From assembly GCA_964407715.1 (NCBI GenBank), contig CAYOWP010000005.1:12780-76779 (forward strand): a stretch of DNA of 64,000 nucleotides, read 5' to 3'. Shown here in pieces: positions 58,561-64,000 of this stretch; the stretch's first letter is position 1; the number at the start of each line of letters is the position of its first letter. Both the position numbers and the translations under genes were made by a program. The notes below the pieces were generated by a model, which was not told the origin of the DNA, made no database searches, and saw nothing but the letters and a program-made list of their open reading frames with translations. Origin of the DNA: an uncultured archaeon (GTDB lineage Archaea > EX4484-52 > JAADEF01).

Positions 58561-59157
58561 ATGGTAAGCAATTTAAAAGAGATAGAAGAGAAAGTTAAAA
58601 TTCCAAAGAACCCATATGATATAAAGATTACAAACATTGTTTTTGGTGTTGATTTGAGTGGTAGTGTGCCATTAGATAGAATAGCCAATACTTTAGAAGA
58701 TGCGGAATACGAGCCAGAATCGTTTCCTGGATTAGTGTATAGGATTGTTGATTATGGTGCTACTGCTCTTGTATTTACAAGTGGAATGTGTATTTTGTCA
58801 GGAGTAAATACAGTTGAGAAGGCATATCAGGCAGCAAAGAAGATGATAGAGGATTTTAAATCAGTAGGGGTGAAGTTTGAGAAAGAACCAAAAATGAAAA
58901 TCGTTAACTTAGTTATCTCTGCCAATATCAAGAAACCTCTTGATTTAAACAGAATCGTATATGAGCTGGGAGATTGTGAGTATGAACCAGAGCAATTTCC
59001 TGGATTAATTCATAGGATGGAAGATACAGGTGTTGTGATACTTATCTTTAATAGCGGTAGGGTTATAGTGACTGGATCAAAAGATGTAAAGAAATCTTTA
59101 AAATCTATTCAGCTCTTGGAAAAGAGATTAGAAGATATAGGAGCAATAATAAAATGA
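58561..59157 (+). CDS. tbp: TATA-box-binding protein (paralog 2)
   Basis: EYEPESFPGLVYR and EYEPEQFPGLIHR repeats. Confidence 0.94.
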   Translation: MVSNLKEIEEKVKIPKNPYDIKITNIVFGVDLSGSVPLDRIANTLEDAEYEPESFPGLVYRIVDYGATALVFTSGMCILSGVNTVEKAYQAAKKMIEDFKSVGVKFEKEPKMKIVNLVISANIKKPLDLNRIVYELGDCEYEPEQFPGLIHRMEDTGVVILIFNSGRVIVTGSKDVKKSLKSIQLLEKRLEDIGAIIK

Positions 59158-59169
59158 TTGCTACTGGTG

Positions 59170-59988
59170 TTATCCAATATATCCTGGTGGACCTTCTCCT
59201 TTCTCAGATTTTTTCTTTATTGTGGCTTTTAGTTGTTGTAGTGCTACCTTTTCCATTTCTTCAATTTTCTTTAGGATTTTTTCAACTTCTTTAACATGTT
59301 CATGAATCTTTGAGAGATCCAACTCTTTTAAGTTTAGATATTCCTTTAAAACTTCTAACACAGCCTCTGCTGCTATTGGATCTGACATAAGTAAACCAGA
59401 GGTTTCTCCCATTAGACATGTTGCTGGGATCCCAAGACGGGTTGCCTCGCTTAATATTACCCCAGCAGCTCCCACTATCTGATTAACCTTGCTGTTCTTG
59501 AATATGACATTATATCTCTCGAATTCTTTTATTTTTTCCTTATCATTTGTTGCTCCAAAAACCTTTGGTTTTCTACCTTCTATTAGCTCACCTGTCCCGA
59601 AACCTCCTATGCTTATAACCTCTTTTATGCCAAAGGTATCTATTAGAAAGTCTAATACATTAAAGGAAATATCATAATAGCCTTCTGTTGTAACAGGTTG
59701 GGCATCTCCTATCATTATAACTATATTTGGTTGTTTTTTCTTTTTATCTCCTTTTATGTAATATAGCTCATACCTAATTGGTATTATCAATCCCTCTCCT
59801 TCATGATCCACACTCACCACTGGTGGTAATGAATCAGAATATACCTCCGCAAACTTTTTAGCTTTTAAAATATACACTAAATACCCAGCTACGTTTCTAC
59901 CTACAAAACCAACACCAGGCGCTATTCCTTGGATAAACACCACATCCCTTATTTTTGGAATTTTGATATACTCTATTTCTGTTACCAT
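59170..59988 (-). CDS. Proteasome assembly chaperone (PAC2 family)
   Basis: PGVGFVG, GDAQP, SIGGFG, IVGAAG, CLMGET. Confidence 0.9.
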   Translation of the reverse strand: MVTEIEYIKIPKIRDVVFIQGIAPGVGFVGRNVAGYLVYILKAKKFAEVYSDSLPPVVSVDHEGEGLIIPIRYELYYIKGDKKKKQPNIVIMIGDAQPVTTEGYYDISFNVLDFLIDTFGIKEVISIGGFGTGELIEGRKPKVFGATNDKEKIKEFERYNVIFKNSKVNQIVGAAGVILSEATRLGIPATCLMGETSGLLMSDPIAAEAVLEVLKEYLNLKELDLSKIHEHVKEVEKILKKIEEMEKVALQQLKATIKKKSEKGEGPPGYIG

Positions 59989-60034
59989 ATTTTTCCTCCA
60001 TTTGAAACCTTCATAATAAATTATTATTTTTAGG

Positions 60035-60190
60035 TTAAATATATCCTTTTTCTTTTAATCTATATACAATATGCTTTTCGTTTATGAAAAACTTGTATGC
60101 TTTAATCTTTTTTGTTGGAATCTTGCATTTTTCACATGTTTCTTTTAAGGTATATTTTCCACATTTTTGGCACTTACGAATACATAGCAT
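60035..60190 (-). CDS. nop10: Nop10 (not in the ORF track)
   Basis: Manual translation MLCIRKCQKCGKYTLKETCEKC...; conserved eIF2a-nop10-PAC2 order. Confidence 0.85.
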   Translation of the reverse strand: MLCIRKCQKCGKYTLKETCEKCKIPTKKIKAYKFFINEKHIVYRLKEKGYI

Positions 60191-60207
60191 TTTAGAAACC
60201 TCTTATC

Positions 60208-61002
60208 TTAATTTTTTATTCTCTCAAATGAAAGGAGATAATTATATCCTTTCAACCTGTTTTCAATTTCTTCAAGAACATTTTTTAATTTTTGTTCCAT
60301 TTTTTTATAGTCTTCGCCTATCAATTCTAATCTATACCTTGGTGATGAGAGGTATGTAATCCTAATCTTATCCTTGAAATCCAACGCCTTTTTTATGATT
60401 TCTATGCCATTGTCCTCATATACTATTAGGTTTATATCTCCCTTTATCACCAATTCCTTTGGTTTAATATACTCAACCGCAAAAGAATATATTTTTTCTG
60501 CTATTCTTTTGTCTATGTTAAGAGATGTTAAAGCTTCTATTCCTTCCTCTAATGCAATCTCAAAGCCACTATACATACTTCCAAATTCTTTTTGCATTAT
60601 GAATCCTGCCTTCTCATATATCTCATCCAAGCTCATATTTAAATCCTTTGCTATCATTTTTAGAAAATTATGTGCCTTTTTCTCATTTCTATATTCTTTT
60701 ATTTTTTCTCTTGCAATTGTTGGTTTCACTCTTTTCATTGACAACTCAATATATCCTCTTTTATCTAAATTCAACACCACTGCTACAACCTTTTGACCTT
60801 CTTTTATGAATTTTCTTATATCTTTTACCCAACTTGAAGAGATTTCTGAGATGTGTATTATGGCTTTTTTATCTTCATACTCATCAAGAGTAGCTATTGC
60901 GCTACTTGGATTTATTTCCCTTATCGTTGCTATAATGTATTCTCCTATATCAGGTAAATCTTTATATTTTCTTATTCTATCGTCATTCGTTATTATAAAC
61001 AC
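60208..61002 (-). CDS. eif2a: Translation initiation factor 2 alpha subunit
   Basis: S1 domain LDEY..K..IIHISEISS.WVKDIR, LSMKRV, SPRYR. Confidence 0.95.
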   Translation of the reverse strand: MFIITNDDRIRKYKDLPDIGEYIIATIREINPSSAIATLDEYEDKKAIIHISEISSSWVKDIRKFIKEGQKVVAVVLNLDKRGYIELSMKRVKPTIAREKIKEYRNEKKAHNFLKMIAKDLNMSLDEIYEKAGFIMQKEFGSMYSGFEIALEEGIEALTSLNIDKRIAEKIYSFAVEYIKPKELVIKGDINLIVYEDNGIEIIKKALDFKDKIRITYLSSPRYRLELIGEDYKKMEQKLKNVLEEIENRLKGYNYLLSFERIKN

Positions 61003-61016
61003 CTCCTTTTATTGCA

Positions 61017-61184
61017 TTATCCTATTGGTTGAACCACTTTGACTTTTATTTTTGCTTTACCTCCTGTTGGCTCTGCCAATACCTCTCCACATACTAAGCA
61101 TCTCACAACTGTAGCTGCTTTCTCATATATATTCTGCTCATTTCCACACTTATCACATTTTACCCTTAGGAATCTACCGACCAT
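61017..61184 (-). CDS. rps27e: 30S ribosomal protein S27e (not in the ORF track)
   Basis: Manual translation [13 protein letters not shown]...[14 protein letters not shown]. Confidence 0.93.
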   Translation of the reverse strand: MVGRFLRVKCDKCGNEQNIYEKAATVVRCLVCGEVLAEPTGGKAKIKVKVVQPIG

Positions 61185-61274
61185 TCATTTCTCACCTTGA
61201 TTTTTAGCTTTTTATTCTCTAAAATATAATGAAGATACTAAAATTTATAAAGATTTAATGTAATTATAACTTTA

Positions 61275-61514
61275 ATGGGAAGAGATTTGTTTAAGGCTCA
61301 AGCAAGCGCAATTAATATTGTGGTTGCGATAATTGTTTTGGTAATTGTTGCATTGGCATTAATTGTGGTCTCTACCTCAAGTGTATCAGATTTGGGAGAG
61401 AAAGCCAAACATGTGATGGGTAAAATATTTGGTAGTAAAAACGCTAAGTCAAAGGAGAAGGGAGCTATAGATCAAATACTTGAGAAAATTACTGTGGAAG
61501 AATCATTTGGTTAA
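61275..61514 (+). CDS. Small pilin-like protein (class III signal peptide); stop codon supplied by element 7
   Basis: KAQ/ASAINIVVAIIVLVIVAL; TAA lies inside the element's GGTTAAC. Confidence 0.65.
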   Translation: MGRDLFKAQASAINIVVAIIVLVIVALALIVVSTSSVSDLGEKAKHVMGKIFGSKNAKSKEKGAIDQILEKITVEESFG

Positions 61515-61609
61515 CGGGAAGCATAGCCATACTCAAAGGGTTAAACCGCTACAAGTGCTGTTTGCGTGTTAAGTTTCCGCTTAACAATAAAGAATTATCG
61601 GACAATGCC
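61501..61609. mobile_element. Element 7: left-truncated MITE
   Basis: Right TIR ATTATCGGACAATGCC; body matches element 4. Confidence 0.85.
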
Positions 61610-61711
61610 TGCAATTTAAAATTCAACACAAAATTTATAAATATTTGTTTTTATAAAATTAATTTTATATGGTGATATATTGAGAGATGTGCATTAAGGA
61701 GGTAATGAATT

Positions 61712-62482
61712 ATGACACGACTATTATCCGTTGTTTCTGGAAAAGGAGGAGTTGGTAAGACAACAATTTCTGTAAATCTCGCTGCGAGTATGCATGATTT
61801 TGGGGTAAATGTAGTTCTTATGGATGCTAATATCACTACTCCAAATTTGGGATTCCATCTTGGTGTGCCTCTCCATCCAAAAACATTGCATGATGTGTTA
61901 AGAGGAGAAGCAAGCATACATGAAGCAATATATACGCATCCTACAGGTCTCAAAATAATCCCAGCAGGTATCAGTATCTCAGATCTCAAAAGTGCACAAC
62001 CTGAAAAACTTGCGAGAGCTGTATTGGATCTTGTTGGTGAATATGATTTGGTGATTATGGATAGCGCTGCTGGTCTTGGAAGAGAAAGCTTGGCATGTCT
62101 TGAGGCTGCTGATGATGCTTTGGTGGTTACAAATCCAAATATCCCGGCTGTGACAGATGCTTTGAAAGCAATTAAGCTTGCTGAAGAATTTGGCACAAAT
62201 GTTCTTGGCGTGGTGTTGAATCGCGTAACTGGTAAGAGATCAGAGTTGGATCCTGATGACATAGAATCGTTGTTAGGTTATCCTATCGTATCTATAATAA
62301 GAGAAGATCCTCTATTTCATGAGAGCTTATCTGCTAAGACACCTTTGGTTTATTATGCTCCTCGCTCGAGAAGTTCCTTAGAGATTAAGAAATTAGCTGC
62401 TGAGATAGCAGGTATTGAGTGGACAATGCCAAAAATATCAGAAGGAGGATTATTGCAGCGATTAATCAATTTGTTTAGATGA
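61712..62482 (+). CDS. minD: MinD-family ATPase
   Basis: SGKGGVGKTT, DANITTPNL, DSAAGLG, GVVLNRV. Confidence 0.92.
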   Translation: MTRLLSVVSGKGGVGKTTISVNLAASMHDFGVNVVLMDANITTPNLGFHLGVPLHPKTLHDVLRGEASIHEAIYTHPTGLKIIPAGISISDLKSAQPEKLARAVLDLVGEYDLVIMDSAAGLGRESLACLEAADDALVVTNPNIPAVTDALKAIKLAEEFGTNVLGVVLNRVTGKRSELDPDDIESLLGYPIVSIIREDPLFHESLSAKTPLVYYAPRSRSSLEIKKLAAEIAGIEWTMPKISEGGLLQRLINLFR

Positions 62483-62498
62483 GGTCATTTCATGAGGT

Positions 62499-62732
62499 TT
62501 GGAGGGAGATAAGTTTATGATGTTTAAAAGGATGTCAGTATTTTTAAACAAAAATTCGAGAATAAGGATTCATAAGGTTAATGGGATACTTAGTGATTAC
62601 ATAGTGGAGTTGGATGATATAGAGATAAGGTTACCTGAGGAGAAATTGATGGACCTTTTTAAGAGAATAGAAGGTGTTTGCAATGGGAAATGTAAGAAAA
62701 AAGGAGAGGAAGAAAAAGGAAATTTCAATTAA
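62499..62732 (+). CDS. Hypothetical protein
   Basis: ORF track; SD-like GAGGT. Confidence 0.5.
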   Translation: MEGDKFMMFKRMSVFLNKNSRIRIHKVNGILSDYIVELDDIEIRLPEEKLMDLFKRIEGVCNGKCKKKGEEEKGNFN

Positions 62733-63156
62733 GGTAAAGCATTGTATTTTTTGGATTCTTGTGATAATTGCAATATTTATTTTTGTATCTGGCATTGCTT
62801 TCTATAAAATTGGAGAGAAAGCCTCTTTCTATGAGAGCATCTCAAAGGAGATAAATCATAATAAGATAAGCAGTTGTACTGATGCCTCATGTGTTATTCA
62901 AAAAATTAATACTAAGCCTAATGTTACAGAAAAGGATTGTATGGAGACGCCTTATAGAGAAGTATGTTTGAATGCTCTCTATAAGAAACAAGCATTGTTA
63001 TCTGGTGATAAAGATAAATGCTCTTCCATTTCACAAGAAGGTGAGAGAAATTCTTGTTATATGTCTCTCTCTTTGTATTATAATAATCCATCTTATTGTC
63101 AGTATATTTCTGATGATAACCTAAAACAGCTTTGTTTAAGTGCTGTTAAGAGCTAA
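62674..63156 (+). CDS. Membrane-anchored Cys-rich hypothetical protein
   Basis: TM helix followed by C..I.....R..C repeats. Confidence 0.65.
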   Translation: MFAMGNVRKKERKKKEISIKVKHCIFWILVIIAIFIFVSGIAFYKIGEKASFYESISKEINHNKISSCTDASCVIQKINTKPNVTEKDCMETPYREVCLNALYKKQALLSGDKDKCSSISQEGERNSCYMSLSLYYNNPSYCQYISDDNLKQLCLSAVKS

Positions 63157-63201
63157 GGAAATAAATTTAAAAAAATTTGCGGATTATAAATAGAGTATTG
63201 G

Positions 63202-63546
63202 GTGGTGATAATGGTAATAAAAAAGATTTTAAAGGGCAGAAATTCTGAGGATGTAGAGGAGATTGTTGAGTTGGAAAGTATAGAAATAAAAAAGGATGCT
63301 AAGATGTATGTGAGAATTATTACCTTACATGAATATGGTGATATTGAGAGGGCTCAAAATGAGCTGAGAGAAGGAAACATAGTATGGCTAAGAATTAAGC
63401 CATTAAAGGAGAAGGATATGATTGAGCTTAGAAGGGCAATAGATAAAATAAAAAAGACAGTGAATGCTATCAATGGTGATATAGCAGGGGTGGATGAGGA
63501 TTATGTGATTTTAACACCTGCAGGTGTTAAAATAAGTAGGAATTAA
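63202..63546 (+). CDS. sepF: Cell-division protein SepF
   Basis: ELREGNIVW..I.PL...D..EL.RAI..IK....AINGDIAG.....VILTP. Confidence 0.92.
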   Translation: MVIMVIKKILKGRNSEDVEEIVELESIEIKKDAKMYVRIITLHEYGDIERAQNELREGNIVWLRIKPLKEKDMIELRRAIDKIKKTVNAINGDIAGVDEDYVILTPAGVKISRN

Positions 63547-63616
63547 TATTTTTCAAATCTTTTTTAAATTTTCACATTATAAAAGGTCATTTAATGCAGG
63601 TGCATAGGGGAGGAAT

Positions 63617-63844
63617 ATGGCTCAAAATAAGAGGCCTTTGGATGTGCTTAATAGAGCAAAAGGCAAGAGGATATATGTGCTATTAAAAAACGGTAGAGAA
63701 ATCGTTGGTGAGCTACAGGCATTGGATATCCACATCAATTTGTGGCTTGAGAATGCCGAGGTCACAATGGAGGATAAGACTGTAAAGATAGGATCAATTC
63801 TTATAAGAGGAGATTCCATTGTTTATGTTTCAACTACTCCATGA
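63617..63844 (+). CDS. Sm-like protein (SmAP1/Lsm)
   Basis: RPLDVL, V.LKNG....G.L...D.HINL.L, ILIRGDSIVYV. Confidence 0.95.
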   Translation: MAQNKRPLDVLNRAKGKRIYVLLKNGREIVGELQALDIHINLWLENAEVTMEDKTVKIGSILIRGDSIVYVSTTP

Positions 63845-63866
63845 TTTATGATAAGATGTGATGTTT

Positions 63867-64000
63867 ATGTCAAAAGGCAGACCCTCTTTTGGTAAAAGAA
63901 ATAAGATGGTACATAAAATTTGTCGTAGATGTGGAAGACGTGCTTTTCATATAAGAAAAGGATATTGCGCAGCATGTGGATTTGGAATTTCTTCAAGAAT
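63867..64000 (+). CDS. rpl37e: 50S ribosomal protein L37e, truncated by the window edge
   Basis: [22 protein letters not shown].....CAACGFG. Confidence 0.95.
   Translation, partial: MSKGRPSFGKRNKMVHKICRRCGRRAFHIRKGYCAACGFGISSR

Noticed and set aside
144-63819. Numerous antisense or overlapping ORFs in the ORF track (for example 732-1091, 36452-37108, 61651-62262)
   Set aside because: They are shadow frames of well-supported genes on the opposite strand, with no motifs of their own.
1-64000. Autonomous transposase, integrase or reverse transcriptase driving the repeats or cassettes
   Set aside because: No DDE, HUH, tyrosine/serine recombinase or RT motifs were recognised in any ORF; such a gene would have to lie outside the window.

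Overview
AT-rich archaeal chromosome segment, most consistent with a DPANN lineage (inferred from AMP phosphorylase, histone, SepF/MinD, stand-alone ThrRS editing domain, class III signal-peptide pilin clusters and dense housekeeping genes; not confirmed). Most of the window is ordinary: cdc48, ppa, PINA, truD, pyrG, mre11/rad50, class II RNR, ribosomal proteins, two TBPs and three tRNAs (two with introns). Two features are not explained by gene annotation. (1) Downstream of cdc48 (1-6315) are five cargo cassettes (toxin-antitoxin pairs, DUF4143 ATPase, methyltransferase, virus-like ORFs). Each is closed by a separate, mostly synonymously diverged copy of the cdc48 3' end, which suggests a gene-capture array anchored on an essential protein gene. 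(2) A family of non-coding palindromic modules occupies about 12 intergenic loci (roughly 4 kb, about 6% of the window). It occurs both as MITE-like elements (TIR GGCATTGTCCAATAAT, 9-10 bp target duplications) and as tandem arrays of about 106- or 135-bp hairpin units. These units show fixed motif spacing, unit and sub-module gain/loss, and an inverted duplicate pair flanking tbp-eIF5A-Kef. No transposase or integrase is visible in the window. All coordinates were counted by hand and may be off by a few bases.
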